The position numbers and the translations under genes are program-made. Shown one piece after another: positions 44,926-54,840 of a DNA stretch of 64,000 bases (position 1 is the stretch's first letter; the number at the start of each line of letters is the position of its first letter). Source of the DNA: an uncultured Actinomycetes bacterium (GTDB taxonomy: Bacteria; Actinomycetota; Thermoleophilia; Gaiellales; Gaiellaceae); NCBI GenBank assembly GCA_963840705.1, contig CAWIZT010000009.1, positions 82,321 to 146,320 on the forward strand. The letters run 5' to 3'. The notes beneath the pieces are model-generated. The model made no database searches and was not told the origin of the DNA. It worked only from the letters and a program-made list of their open reading frames with translations.

Positions 44926-45558
44926 CTAGTAACCGCTCCCGGAAGAACCGGTCGCAGCGCCTTTGGCGGTATTGGGGCTACCCGAGGGATTGGGTGCTGC
45001 GCCTCCCCTCAGGCTCAGGCCCGCGCTGCGTTGTCGCAGCGCAAACTCGAGGTTGAACTTGGCGTTGCTGTTGTCCGGATTCAGCGCGATTGCCTTCTGC
45101 AAGTTCGTCACGGCCGCCTTCAGGGCCGCTGCCTGGTCCGCGGTATTCGTAACGGGTGTGGCGAGGAAAAGGACACCGAGGAGGGTCAGCGCGTTCGAGC
45201 GTCGCCCGGGTTCGTCGCCGCCCGCGACGATGGCCTCGAGTCGCGCCTGTGCCTCCGCTCGCTGGAGCAAGACCTTCGTGTCGGAGGTCCTCGTATCCTC
45301 GAGCTTCCCGAGTCGAAGCGCCCGGACGGCCCGGCGGAATGCCACATCGTCATCGACGCCGAGACCGATCCGCGCCAGGGGCAGCGGGAGGAGTGCGTCA
45401 GGATTCCACAGGCTGCTGACGCTGGGAGCTTCTCGGTAGCGGGCGTCGTCGGCGCGCAGCGCATCGCTCCAGCGCGAGACATCGGCCGCAAGAAGGGCGA
45501 GAAGAGCGGTCAACGCAAGGCAGACGAGGGTCCCGACGACGAGTCCGGCTCGCTTCAC
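44926..45558 (-). CDS. TPR-like membrane-anchored protein (BatC-like)
   Basis: N-terminal TM, helical repeat region (NLQKAIALNPDNSNAKFNLEFAL) and a Gly/Ser-rich tail. 4-nt overlap with the upstream gene. Confidence 0.65.
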   Translation of the reverse strand: MKRAGLVVGTLVCLALTALLALLAADVSRWSDALRADDARYREAPSVSSLWNPDALLPLPLARIGLGVDDDVAFRRAVRALRLGKLEDTRTSDTKVLLQRAEAQARLEAIVAGGDEPGRRSNALTLLGVLFLATPVTNTADQAAALKAAVTNLQKAIALNPDNSNAKFNLEFALRQRSAGLSLRGGAAPNPSGSPNTAKGAATGSSGSGY

Positions 45559-46397
45559 TCGTGCCTCTTTCGCACACGCGGCAGGCCGAGACGACCTGCG
45601 AAACGCTCATGAGCGGCGAGCAACGCGAGGAGCAGGCCACCGAGGACGAGGAACCCAACCGGAAGCTCCTCTCGAGTCTTGGTCAACACCCGCTGGGGAG
45701 TTCGCAGCTCGGACGGCGTGATGAAGACGCTCTTGCCGAGCAGCTCGGCGAAGACCGTGCGGCCGGCTTCCAACGGCGAGAGCGGGACGACCCGAATGGT
45801 GAGCGACTGCCGGCGCAGCTCGTCTAGTGTCCGGGCCAGCTGCGGGACGTCCTCGGGTGCGGTGATCAGGTCGCTGAGCAGCAGGACGAAGCCGTTCGAC
45901 ACCTTGTCTCGCAAGAGCATGTCCCGTGCGAGCTCGAGCGCCGAGGAGACCCGCGTCCCCGCCGAAAAGCTGTCAGACCACGGGTTCACCGGAAGGCTTG
46001 CCTCAACTCGCGCTGCGCGACGCGGGACGAGGTGACGGAGGAGCGGACGGAGCTCCGATGACGGCGTCCCCGGCGGCAGCAGCTCATAGGCCAGGTCCGA
46101 AAAGATCACGAGGCCCGTCGAGCCGTCGCCCTCGATCAGCCGGCGCACGACCCTGCGGATGTTGCTGTAGTCCTCTGCCCCGATGCTCAGCGAGAGATCG
46201 ATGACGAGGACGCCGGAGCCCTCCGGCAGGACTTCCGACTTGCCTGAATCGAACCCGCGTGCCGATGCCGTTGCGAGCCCGAGCACGGTAACCGCGGCAA
46301 CGACCAGCACCAGCTGGAAGATGCGGGTCCGAAGCGACACGACCTTGAGCGCCTGTGCGTCGTGACTGTCGACCGCAGGCCATGTCGGCCACCTCAT
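45555..46397 (-). CDS. vWA-domain protein with terminal TM segments
   Basis: The ATG 46397 overlaps the upstream stop (ATGA). VLVIDLSLSI and FVLLLSDL. Confidence 0.75.
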   Translation of the reverse strand: MRWPTWPAVDSHDAQALKVVSLRTRIFQLVLVVAAVTVLGLATASARGFDSGKSEVLPEGSGVLVIDLSLSIGAEDYSNIRRVVRRLIEGDGSTGLVIFSDLAYELLPPGTPSSELRPLLRHLVPRRAARVEASLPVNPWSDSFSAGTRVSSALELARDMLLRDKVSNGFVLLLSDLITAPEDVPQLARTLDELRRQSLTIRVVPLSPLEAGRTVFAELLGKSVFITPSELRTPQRVLTKTREELPVGFLVLGGLLLALLAAHERFAGRLGLPRVRKRHE

Positions 46398-47365
46398 CCA
46401 GTACCCGCCCCGAGTGCCGAGCGAGCCCGGACCGCCAGTCCGTTCGTCTCGCCAACCTCCGGCACCGGCTCCGACCAGGCGAGTGCCCGGGAGGCCAGCG
46501 CCAGCTTCATGTCGCCATGCTCCGCCAGCGCCGCCGCCACGAGCTCCAGCGCACGGCGCTGGTCGGCTGCGCCGTTCACTCGCGCAGAGTCCGCAAGGAG
46601 CGCGAGGGCGCGTTCGAGCGGCGTCAGAACCGGCTCCGCAGGCACATCCGCCTGCGGCGGCGGGGCCGGCGACACGCGAGGCGGTCGGACGAGGTGGGCG
46701 AGAACGGCCGCGGCGGAAACGAGCAAGGTGCCTGCCGCAAGGAGGAGGGCCAGGAGGAGACCGGGAGCCACGCTGTAGGTGACGGCGGGCAGGGAGACGA
46801 GGTCTGCCCGCCACCCGCCCAAGGACGCGCCGGCACTCTGAGCCTCCCTCAGCGAGTACCGTGCGCCGACGAGGAGCCGGGGCCAGGGCTCCTCGAGTGA
46901 GGCACGATCGCTGCTTGCGGCTCCTTCCGGGGCCGCGTAGGTCACTCGGGCCTCCCCGAAGGTCTGAATGGCCTTCTCCAGAAAGGTCGCGGTTTCGTCG
47001 GTCGCTATACAGGCGCTCGTCAGACACCGCAGCGTGTACGACACCCGAAGGGAGGTGGTTGTCCCCGTGTCCCGGCGGAGGCGTTCGGGATTCGCGATGG
47101 GCTTCCAAGGTGTGAAGTCGGTCTGGACGCGGACCGAGTCGGGATCGACGCGGTTCGGATCGAGCGTTACCTCGACGAGCGCGGTCACCATGTCTCCGAA
47201 GAACACGCTTCGCGGAGTGAGATCGGTGCGAGCCTCGATCGCGGGAGCATTCCGAGCGGTCGACTCGCCCCCACTTTCGCGACCCCGGGCCAAGAGGACG
47301 ACGACAACGAGCAGCCCCGCAACGACGGCGAACGCCGCACTCATGCGCAAGCGGCCTCGGCTCAC
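46394..47365 (-). CDS. Membrane protein of unknown function within the MoxR/vWA operon
   Basis: 323 aa. N-terminal TM, central TM (LLLALLLAAGTLLVSAAAVLA), Pro-rich linker. No family recognised. Confidence 0.65.
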   Translation of the reverse strand: MSRGRLRMSAAFAVVAGLLVVVVLLARGRESGGESTARNAPAIEARTDLTPRSVFFGDMVTALVEVTLDPNRVDPDSVRVQTDFTPWKPIANPERLRRDTGTTTSLRVSYTLRCLTSACIATDETATFLEKAIQTFGEARVTYAAPEGAASSDRASLEEPWPRLLVGARYSLREAQSAGASLGGWRADLVSLPAVTYSVAPGLLLALLLAAGTLLVSAAAVLAHLVRPPRVSPAPPPQADVPAEPVLTPLERALALLADSARVNGAADQRRALELVAAALAEHGDMKLALASRALAWSEPVPEVGETNGLAVRARSALGAGTG

Positions 47366-47369
47366 GTGC

Positions 47370-48296
47370 TCACGCTCCCAGGACCCGTCGCGTTCGTCGC
47401 AGGTCGGTCCAGACCAGGAACGGCGCGAGAACCTCGGCCTGGTCGATAGACGAGACGACGATCGGGTCGACGTCTATACCTTGAAATGTCTCGAGCAGAC
47501 CCCGCGTACGCTCCTCGTTCCCCGCCCGGCGGGCCGCTACTTCCTTCGTCCGCAGCCGGACGGGCACGATGCGTTGGGTGCGCGGATCGCGGAGGGAGAC
47601 GACGATCCCGCTGACGTCGGGGAAGCTCTGCTCCCAGGTCGGATCCTGGATCACGACGGGGACGATGTCCCAGCGGTGCTCGACTGCGGTCAACCACACC
47701 TCTTTAGACGGTGTCGGGATGAAATCGGAGAGCACGAAGATGAATGTGCCCGCGCTGACCGCGCGCGGGTGCTCCGCGAGATGCGCGATCGAGCGCTCGA
47801 GCCAGTCGGCTGGGCCGTCGAACTCGGTCGACCAGAGACGCGGGTCCTGGAGCTCGATCAGCTTCCGGTCACCCTTCGGCTGACGCCAGTGCGGCTCGCC
47901 GTCCGCGTAGTCGAGGTAGCCCACGAATCCGCCCGCAGCGCCCGCGCTGGCCAGGATGAGCTCGACGACACGACGCATCGCGAGCGCCTTGTCGAGCCAG
48001 GGAAACGGAGCTGAGTACTGCGCCATGCTCGGGCGGCGGTCGCAGACGATGACCACCTTGGGCGCTTCCTCCGCGAAGCGCTCGCGGACGAGGAACTCGT
48101 TACTGCTCCTGGCCGTGGAGAGGCGCGCGGAAGCTGCCCAGTCGATCGCGTCCATGTCGTCGCCGGGGCGATATGGCCTCGAGCCGGCGACGTCCGACCC
48201 CGCACCTCTGCGAAGACTCCGTACCGTCCCGAACGAGTGCCCCATCACCCGCCTCCGCGGAACGAGCGTAAAGGTGAGCCGGACGTCCACCCCCAC
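47370..48296 (-). CDS. DUF58 domain protein
   Basis: GSRPYRPGDDMDAIDW is the DUF58 hallmark. Intact 308 aa. Confidence 0.88.
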   Translation of the reverse strand: MGVDVRLTFTLVPRRRVMGHSFGTVRSLRRGAGSDVAGSRPYRPGDDMDAIDWAASARLSTARSSNEFLVRERFAEEAPKVVIVCDRRPSMAQYSAPFPWLDKALAMRRVVELILASAGAAGGFVGYLDYADGEPHWRQPKGDRKLIELQDPRLWSTEFDGPADWLERSIAHLAEHPRAVSAGTFIFVLSDFIPTPSKEVWLTAVEHRWDIVPVVIQDPTWEQSFPDVSGIVVSLRDPRTQRIVPVRLRTKEVAARRAGNEERTRGLLETFQGIDVDPIVVSSIDQAEVLAPFLVWTDLRRTRRVLGA

Positions 48297-48309
48297 GAAC
48301 AGCGATCGC

Positions 48310-49347
48310 CTACACGGGGGTGGGTCGCTCGAAGAGCGGATCTGCCTCGGAGCCGGGTTTCGGTGCCGCTTCGAGGCAGCCGAGACGGAACTCCTCGATC
48401 GCCCCGTCCCAGCCCGAGGTGCGGGCCTTCGCGACGAAGCTCGGCGTGAACACCACGCGGTGGACGAGGACCGGAACGAACAGATGCTCGATGTCCTCGG
48501 GGATCACGTACCCCCGACCTTGCAGGAGGGCCCAGGCGCGAGCCGCACGCTCGAGTGCCAGGCTGCCCCGTACCGAGCTGCCGATCACAACCGCCTCCTG
48601 GCCGCGCGTCGCCCGCACGAGCTCGACGACCCAGCGATGGAGCACGCTGTCGACGTAGACCTGCTGACCCGCCGCGCGAACCTCTTGCACGTCCTCGAGC
48701 CCGACCACCGGTTCGAGGTCCTCGAGCGGATGGCTGAAGCGTTGCTCCTCGAGAATGCGGAGCTCGTCCTCCATGCCCGGATACCCGAGGGCCGTCCTCA
48801 GGAAGAAGCGGTCGAGCTGTGCCTCCGGAAGCGGGAAAGTCCCCTCGTACTCGATCGGGTTCTCCGTCGCGAGCAACAGGAAGGGATAGGGAAGCTCCCG
48901 GGTCACGCCGTCGACGGTCACCTGGCTCTCGGCCATCGCCTCGAGGAGCGCGGACTGGGTCTTCGGAGTCGCCCGGTTGATCTCGTCCACGAGAACGACG
49001 TTGGTGAAGATAGGCCCCGGGCGAAACTCGAAGTCTCGTGTCCTCTGGTCGAAAACCGAGAGTCCAGTGACATCGGTTGGCTGAAGATCGGGCGTGCACT
49101 GGATGCGCGAGGCAGTCGCCCCTTCGATGCTCCCGGCGATCGCACGGGCGAGCATGGTCTTCGCGGTACCCGGCACGTCCTCGAGGAGTACGTGCCCCCC
49201 GCACATCAGGGCCGCCAGGACGAGCTTGATCTCGTCACGCTTGCCATAGACGACGGTCTCGATGTTGTCGAGGAACCGCTCCGAGATCTCAGTTGCACGC
49301 GCAAAGCGCTCGGGAACGTCGTCGCGCGCAGCTACGGCCGGCTCCAT
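48310..49347 (-). CDS. MoxR-family AAA+ ATPase
   Basis: [14 protein letters not shown] (Walker A), [10 protein letters not shown] (Walker B) and [27 protein letters not shown] 49347 is preferred because the paralog also starts with ME. TTG 49374 is possible. Confidence 0.92.
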   Translation of the reverse strand: MEPAVAARDDVPERFARATEISERFLDNIETVVYGKRDEIKLVLAALMCGGHVLLEDVPGTAKTMLARAIAGSIEGATASRIQCTPDLQPTDVTGLSVFDQRTRDFEFRPGPIFTNVVLVDEINRATPKTQSALLEAMAESQVTVDGVTRELPYPFLLLATENPIEYEGTFPLPEAQLDRFFLRTALGYPGMEDELRILEEQRFSHPLEDLEPVVGLEDVQEVRAAGQQVYVDSVLHRWVVELVRATRGQEAVVIGSSVRGSLALERAARAWALLQGRGYVIPEDIEHLFVPVLVHRVVFTPSFVAKARTSGWDGAIEEFRLGCLEAAPKPGSEADPLFERPTPV

Positions 49348-49401
49348 CGGCGTGATGCTAGCCGGACCTGCCAATCTCCCCGGAAGCCTCGCTGCGGTCG
49401 G

Positions 49402-50289
49402 CTACGTCAGAGCTTCCGCGCCGGCGACGACCTCCAGGATCTCCTGGGTGATCTCGGCCTGGCGCGCGCGGTTCATCCGCAGCGTGAGCGTGTCGATCAG
49501 GTCGGCGGCGTTCTTGGAGGCGTTCCGCATCGCCGTCATCCGGGCGCCCTGCTCGGAGGCGGTGGACTCGAGAAGCGCGCGATAGATCTGGGTTTCGACG
49601 TACACCGGGAGCAGCCGCTGCATGATCTCCTCCGGCTCGGGCTCGAAGATGAAGTCACCGCGGAGCGTGTCCGCCGCGCGCTCTTCTTCGTCCGTCTCCA
49701 GGATGTCGGGGGAGATAGGCAGCACGTCCTGTTCGGTGACCCGCTGCGTCAGAGCGGAGACGTAGGTGTTGTAGACCAGCGTCACGCGGTCGACCTCGCC
49801 TTCGACGAAGAGCTCGGACAGACGGTGAGCGATAGCCTGCGCGTCCGCGTAGGCCGGCCGATCGGTGAAGCCCATGTACGCCCCCGCGAGCTCGCGGCGG
49901 CGGAAGAGCAGCGTCGAGCGCCCTCTCTTGCCGACCGCGATCCAGCGGACGTTCGTCCCTTCCGTTTGGAGCGAGCGCTCCAACGCGAACGCACGCCGCA
50001 GGATCTGCGCGTTGAACGCGCCAGCCAGCCCGCGGTCGCCGGTCAGTGGCACGATCGCCACGGTCTCGACCTGCTCTCGCTGCTCGAGGAGCGGGAGCCG
50101 CACCGAGGTCGAGGCCCGCCCCACTCCCGCGATGAGCTCGTTCATCGTCTCCGCGTACGGCCGCAACGCGCGGATCCGCTGCTCGGCGCGGCGAAGCTTG
50201 GCCGCGGCGACGAGCTCCATCGCACGCGTGATCTTGCGCGTGTTGCGGACGGACTGGATCCGCCGCTTGATGTCCTGAACGGTTGCCAT
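49402..50289 (-). CDS. atpG: F1 ATP synthase gamma subunit
   Basis: MATVQDIKRRIQSVRNTRKITRAMELVAAAKLRRA and C-terminal ITQEILEVVAGAEAL. Confidence 0.95.
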   Translation of the reverse strand: MATVQDIKRRIQSVRNTRKITRAMELVAAAKLRRAEQRIRALRPYAETMNELIAGVGRASTSVRLPLLEQREQVETVAIVPLTGDRGLAGAFNAQILRRAFALERSLQTEGTNVRWIAVGKRGRSTLLFRRRELAGAYMGFTDRPAYADAQAIAHRLSELFVEGEVDRVTLVYNTYVSALTQRVTEQDVLPISPDILETDEEERAADTLRGDFIFEPEPEEIMQRLLPVYVETQIYRALLESTASEQGARMTAMRNASKNAADLIDTLTLRMNRARQAEITQEILEVVAGAEALT

Positions 50290-50298
50290 CGGTCCGAG

Positions 50299-51828
50299 CT
50301 AGCCGGCGATGCCTTTCTCTTCCTCGATGTTGAACGTCTTCAGGAACTTGTCCAGCTCGACCTTCAGCTTCTCCTCGGCCTCCTCGGGCACGTCCCCGCT
50401 CTCGCGGATCGCTGCGAGCACGGAGCTCTCCGTGCGCAGGTGCTCCCGCAGCTCGTCGTGGAAGCGCGGAACCTGCGGCACGGGGATCGTGTCCAGGTAG
50501 CCGTTGACCCCGGCGTAGATCGCGGCGACCTGCTCCTCGAGCGGCCACGGCTGGTACTGCGGCTGGTTCAGGGTCGCGACCATCCGCTCGCCGCGGCCGA
50601 GCGCCTGCTGCGTCGCCTGGTCGAGCTCCGAGCCGAACTGCGCGAACGCCTCCAGCTCGCGGTACTGCGAGAGATCGAGGCGGAGACGCCCCGCCACCTT
50701 GCGCATCGACCTCCGCTGTGCGTTGCCGCCCACACGGGAGACCGAGACGCCGACGTTGATCGCAGGGCGGACGCCGGAGAAGAAGAGGCTCGACTCCAGG
50801 TAGATCTGGCCGTCGGTGATCGAGATCACGTTCGTGGGGATGTAGGCCGCGACGTCGCCCGCCTGGGTCTCGATGATGGGAAGCGCGGTCAGCGACCCGC
50901 CGCCGAGGTCGTCCGAGAGCTTGCAGGCGCGCTCGAGGAGCCGGGAGTGGAGATAGAAGACGTCCCCGGGAAACGCCTCGCGGCCCGGGGGTCGGCGGAG
51001 CAGCAGGCTCAGCTGTCGATATGAGTCCGCGTGCTTCGAGAGGTCGTCGTAGATGAGCAGCGCGTGCTTGCCCTGGTACAGGAAGTACTCGCCCATGGCG
51101 CACCCGGCGAACGGAGCCATCCACTTGATCGGCGCCGCCTCCTGAGCGGGTGCCGAGACGACGATCGTGTACTCCATCGCTCCGGCGTCGCGCAGCCGTT
51201 CGACCACCTGCGCGACCGTCGAGCCCTTCTGGCCGATCGCGACGTAGACGCAGATCACGTCCCCGCCTCGCTGGTTCAGGATCGTGTCGATGGCGATCGC
51301 GGTCTTGCCGGTGGAGCGGTCACCGATGATCAGCTCCCGCTGGCCGCGGCCGATCGGGATCATCGAGTCGATCGCCTTGAGGCCTGTCTGCAGTGGCTCC
51401 TTCACCGGTTGGCGGCTGATGACGCCCGGCGCCTTGAACTCGAGCGGGCGGCGCTCGGCCGCCTCGATCGGCCCCAGGCCGTCGAGCGGGTTTCCGAGCG
51501 GGTCGACGACGCGGCCGAGCAGGCCTTCACCGACGGGCACGCTCATGACCTCGCCGGTCCGGCGCACCGGCTCGCCCTCGCTCACGTTCTGCCACTCCCC
51601 GAAGAGCGCGGCGCCGACGTTGTCCTCCTCGAGGTTGAAGGCGATGCCCACGACCCCGTGCTCGAGCTCGAGCCGTTCGAGGGCGATGCAGTTCTCGAGG
51701 CCGTGGATGCGGGCGATGCCGTCGCCGACCTGGAGGACGGTGCCGACCTCGGAGAGGTCGGTCTCGACGTCGAACTCCTTGATTCGATCCTTAAGGATCG
51801 AAGTGATCTCTTCGGGGCGTAGCTTCAC
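50299..51828 (-). CDS. atpA: F1 ATP synthase alpha subunit
   Basis: [18 protein letters not shown] (Walker A). 509 aa. Confidence 0.97.
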   Translation of the reverse strand: MKLRPEEITSILKDRIKEFDVETDLSEVGTVLQVGDGIARIHGLENCIALERLELEHGVVGIAFNLEEDNVGAALFGEWQNVSEGEPVRRTGEVMSVPVGEGLLGRVVDPLGNPLDGLGPIEAAERRPLEFKAPGVISRQPVKEPLQTGLKAIDSMIPIGRGQRELIIGDRSTGKTAIAIDTILNQRGGDVICVYVAIGQKGSTVAQVVERLRDAGAMEYTIVVSAPAQEAAPIKWMAPFAGCAMGEYFLYQGKHALLIYDDLSKHADSYRQLSLLLRRPPGREAFPGDVFYLHSRLLERACKLSDDLGGGSLTALPIIETQAGDVAAYIPTNVISITDGQIYLESSLFFSGVRPAINVGVSVSRVGGNAQRRSMRKVAGRLRLDLSQYRELEAFAQFGSELDQATQQALGRGERMVATLNQPQYQPWPLEEQVAAIYAGVNGYLDTIPVPQVPRFHDELREHLRTESSVLAAIRESGDVPEEAEEKLKVELDKFLKTFNIEEEKGIAG

Positions 51829-51849
51829 GTGAGCTCCTTGCGGGTTGGT

Positions 51850-52383
51850 CTAGTGGCTGGTGACGAGTTCGTGTCGGAGGCGCTCGAGGCGGCCTCGCAC
51901 GCTGCCGTCGGCGCGGAAGGAGCCGACCTGAAGGACGACCCCGCCGACGAGGCTGGGATCCACGGAGCGCGTCGCGTCGACCTTGCGACCGGAAGCCTGC
52001 TCGATCTGCTCGACGATCGAGTGTGCCTCGTCGTCCGAGAGCTCGTGTGCGGTCGTGAGCTCAACCGCGAGCCGGTTCTGGGCGCGCGCGACGAGTGCCT
52101 CGAGCTCGGCGTTCGTCTCCACGAGCTCACCCGCGCGTCCCTTCTCGGCGAGGAGCCTCAGAAAGTTGAGCACCAGCTCGTCTGCGCCCGAGGCGATCTC
52201 GCCGAGCACACGCGCCTTCTCCAGCGCGTCGATCTGCGGGTTCCGCAGGAACGTGCGCAGCTCGGGTGAGTCCTCGAGCGCGCCTGCGAGGGCGGCCAGG
52301 TCGGCCGCGACATCGTCGAGCCTCCCCTCGTCCTGCGCGGCCTGGAAGATCGCGCGGGCATACATGCGGTTCGCGACGGCCAC
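51850..52383 (-). CDS. atpH: F1 ATP synthase delta (OSCP) subunit
   Basis: 177 aa. YARAIFQAA start and position between atpF and atpA. Confidence 0.88.
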   Translation of the reverse strand: MAVANRMYARAIFQAAQDEGRLDDVAADLAALAGALEDSPELRTFLRNPQIDALEKARVLGEIASGADELVLNFLRLLAEKGRAGELVETNAELEALVARAQNRLAVELTTAHELSDDEAHSIVEQIEQASGRKVDATRSVDPSLVGGVVLQVGSFRADGSVRGRLERLRHELVTSH

Positions 52384-52392
52384 CTCGGGGCT

Positions 52393-52953
52393 CTAGCCCT
52401 CCTTCTCGAGCGCGGAGAAGTCGAGCTCGGCGATCGCCTCGTCGATCAACCGCCGCTGATCCTCGGCGTCCAAGACCTTGCCGGTCACCCGTGCGGTCGC
52501 CGCCAGCGTCAGGTCCGCGACCTCGGACCGGATGAGGTCGAGCGAGCGCTTGGTCTCCGCATCGATCTGACGACGTGTCTCCTCGAGGCGACGCTGTCGC
52601 TCCTCCTCCGCCTCGACCTTCACCCGCGCGATCTGGGCATCCGCCACCTTGCGGGCGTCGGCGAGGATCTCGCCCGCCTCGCCCTTCGCCTGCCCCATGA
52701 GCTCCTTGTGCTGCTCGAGCAGTTTCCGGGCTTCGGCGCGTGCGTTGTCGGCCTCCTCGACCGCCTTCCGGATCCGGTCCCGCCGCTCGTCGATCGTCTT
52801 CTGGATCGGGCCGAACGCGAATCGCTTGAGGACGAAGAACGTGATCGCGAAGCAGATCAGCGTCCAGATCATGAGACCCGGGACGACGTCGATCAGGCCT
52901 CCGGACGACTCCTCCTGGGCCTCCTGTGCGAGTGGTAGGAACGAGAACAGCAT
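52393..52953 (-). CDS. atpF: Fo ATP synthase subunit b
   Basis: One N-terminal TM, then a long charged helix (RRDRIRKAVEEADNARAEARKLLEQ). Confidence 0.88.
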   Translation of the reverse strand: MLFSFLPLAQEAQEESSGGLIDVVPGLMIWTLICFAITFFVLKRFAFGPIQKTIDERRDRIRKAVEEADNARAEARKLLEQHKELMGQAKGEAGEILADARKVADAQIARVKVEAEEERQRRLEETRRQIDAETKRSLDLIRSEVADLTLAATARVTGKVLDAEDQRRLIDEAIAELDFSALEKEG

Positions 52954-52957
52954 GTAC

Positions 52958-53224
52958 CTAGACGAGGACGTAGGCGAGCAGTCCGCCGATCAGGCCGTAG
53001 AAGACGACTGCCTCGGTGAGCGCGAAGCCGAGCCACTGGATGCCGGTGAGCTCGCCGCGCAATTCGGGCTGTCGCGCGACGGCCTGGATCATCGAGCCGA
53101 AGATGTTGCCGATGCCGATACCGGCCCCGAGCGATCCGAGGCCGATGCCGAGCGCGAGCGCGATGGCCTTCCCGGCATCGGCGCCGTCCTCGGCGGCGGC
53201 GAGGAAGAAGAACGAAGAGAGCAT
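52958..53224 (-). CDS. atpE: Fo ATP synthase subunit c
   Basis: 88-aa hairpin protein. ARQPE loop and the carboxylate-bearing second helix (FALTEAVVFYGL). Confidence 0.93.
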   Translation of the reverse strand: MLSSFFFLAAAEDGADAGKAIALALGIGLGSLGAGIGIGNIFGSMIQAVARQPELRGELTGIQWLGFALTEAVVFYGLIGGLLAYVLV

Positions 53225-53244
53225 GACAGTGATTCCTCCTTGGA

Positions 53245-54147
53245 TCAGTGGTCCGGCTCGATGGCCGAGCCGATGTAGATGGCGGACAGGGCGGCGAAGA
53301 TGTAGGCCTGGATGGAGACGACGATGACGACCTCGAAGAGGTAGAAGATCGTCGCGGCGGGCACTGCGATGACCGCCAGGAACACGTTGCCGATGACGAA
53401 GATGAGCCCGATGAAGGTGAGGATCAGCATGTGCCCGGCGAGCATGTTCGCGTAGAGCCGGACGGAGAGGCTGATCAGGCGCATGAACTGTCCCAGGATC
53501 TCGAGCGGGATGATCAGCGGCAACATCGCCTTCGGTACGTCGGGAATCCAGCTCTTGAAGTACTTGACGGGGCCGTTCCAGCGAATGCCCTCGAAGTGGG
53601 TGAAGAAGAACGTCATCAGCGCGAGTGCGAGCGTGACCGACAGCGTCGAGGTGGCGGCGAAGATCGCGAGCGTGGGCAGCTCGACCCCGCCGATCTCGAA
53701 ACGCTCGTCCGAGAGCGGCAGCGGGATGAACCCGAGGATGTTCACGACCCAGATGAAGATCATGAGGGTCGCCACGTACGGGAACCAGCGCCCGATCGCC
53801 TTCGTCGGCAGGCCCTGCTCGGCCACCTGCACCTGAGCGACCTCGTAGATCGTCTCACCGAGCGCCTGCTTGCGATCCGGGTCGCTGCCGACCTTGACGC
53901 GCATGAAGAGGATTCCGATCGCGATCGACACGAGCATCCCCAGGATCAGGTACGCGACGGCCTTGTTCACCGACATGTCGATCGGTCCGATCTTCAGCTC
54001 CGGCCCCCACGTCTGGAGCTCCCACTCGTGGGAGGGGTCGAACTCCTCCTCTTCCGCCGCGGCCGTCGGCTCCGCCGATCCTTCCGCGAACGCGGCTGCC
54101 GGCAGGATCAACGCAAAGAGGAGCAGGACGAGGGCAAGCCGTTTCAT
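53245..54147 (-). CDS. atpB: Fo ATP synthase subunit a
   Basis: LSVRLYANMLAGH (essential Arg motif). Signal-like N-terminal extension. Confidence 0.93.
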   Translation of the reverse strand: MKRLALVLLLFALILPAAAFAEGSAEPTAAAEEEEFDPSHEWELQTWGPELKIGPIDMSVNKAVAYLILGMLVSIAIGILFMRVKVGSDPDRKQALGETIYEVAQVQVAEQGLPTKAIGRWFPYVATLMIFIWVVNILGFIPLPLSDERFEIGGVELPTLAIFAATSTLSVTLALALMTFFFTHFEGIRWNGPVKYFKSWIPDVPKAMLPLIIPLEILGQFMRLISLSVRLYANMLAGHMLILTFIGLIFVIGNVFLAVIAVPAATIFYLFEVVIVVSIQAYIFAALSAIYIGSAIEPDH

Positions 54148-54542
54148 ACCTTCTTCGGCTCCGTGCCGAAGTACGCGGCGAGACCGACCCCGAGCTCGAC
54201 CGTATAGGCGAGCGCGTAGAGGCCCGCCGCGGCGATGCCGACGCGCTCGTCCCCAACCGTCACCGCGACGAGCGGTATGCCGACGAGCAGTCCGCGAGAG
54301 GTTGTGCCGATGCCGCGCATTCCTGCGGCGGCGAGGTTATCCGGGTCACTCGCGAACTGCGCCAGTACGAGCGCGAAGACCTGTGCCGCGGCCCAGAGGA
54401 CCGCCGCCAGCGCCCAGCCGGAGAGCGGCCAGCCGGCGACTGCGAAGACCGGAAGCGCGAGTGCGATCACCGAGCCCCCGGCGACCGCCGGCGCGATCCG
54501 GCCTGGCACGGGGCGCGGGCTCGAAAACAGCTTTGTGCTCAC
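54144..54542 (-). CDS. atpI: ATP synthase protein I-like membrane protein
   Basis: Hydrophobic about 130-aa product from GTG 54542 (GTGA overlap with the upstream stop). ATGA overlap with atpB. Called from position and hydrophobicity. Confidence 0.6.
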   Translation of the reverse strand: MSTKLFSSPRPVPGRIAPAVAGGSVIALALPVFAVAGWPLSGWALAAVLWAAAQVFALVLAQFASDPDNLAAAGMRGIGTTSRGLLVGIPLVAVTVGDERVGIAAAGLYALAYTVELGVGLAAYFGTEPKKV

Positions 54543-54748
54543 GCCGGGCGCTCGCGCGAGTAGACGACGTAGACGAAGAGCACTCCGAGCGGAATACCTG
54601 CGACGGCTCCGATGAGCAGGCCGATCTCCCACCCGCCGAGCAGCCAGCCGACGAACGCTCCTACGCCCATGGAAAGGGCGAGCGCCCCCAGCAGAAGTCC
54701 TGAGGCGGTGGCGAGCGAGTGAGGCGAGGAAGCCGCGTGCGGCGTCAT
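54539..54748 (-). CDS. AtpZ/AtpR-like small membrane protein (first gene of the atp operon)
   Basis: 69 aa with two TM helices (GLLLGALALSMGVGAFVGWLLG / LLIGAVAGIPLGVLFVYVV). Position is typical of the small pre-atpI protein. Confidence 0.55.
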   Translation of the reverse strand: MTPHAASSPHSLATASGLLLGALALSMGVGAFVGWLLGGWEIGLLIGAVAGIPLGVLFVYVVYSRERPA

Positions 54749-54828
54749 CTCGACCGGAGCATATCAGCGAGCTTGTAACAACCCATTTCGGCTATTTTCA
54801 GGAGAAACAGGCCAGTTCGTTACAGGTC

Positions 54829-54834
54829 TAGAAT
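54829..54834 (+). promoter_or_regulatory. Candidate -10 box (TAGAAT) placed for a leaderless transcript of the hydrolase gene
   Basis: TAGAAT ends 6 nt before ATG 54841. No Shine-Dalgarno sequence lies in between. Confidence 0.35.
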
Positions 54835-54840
54835 CGTCCG

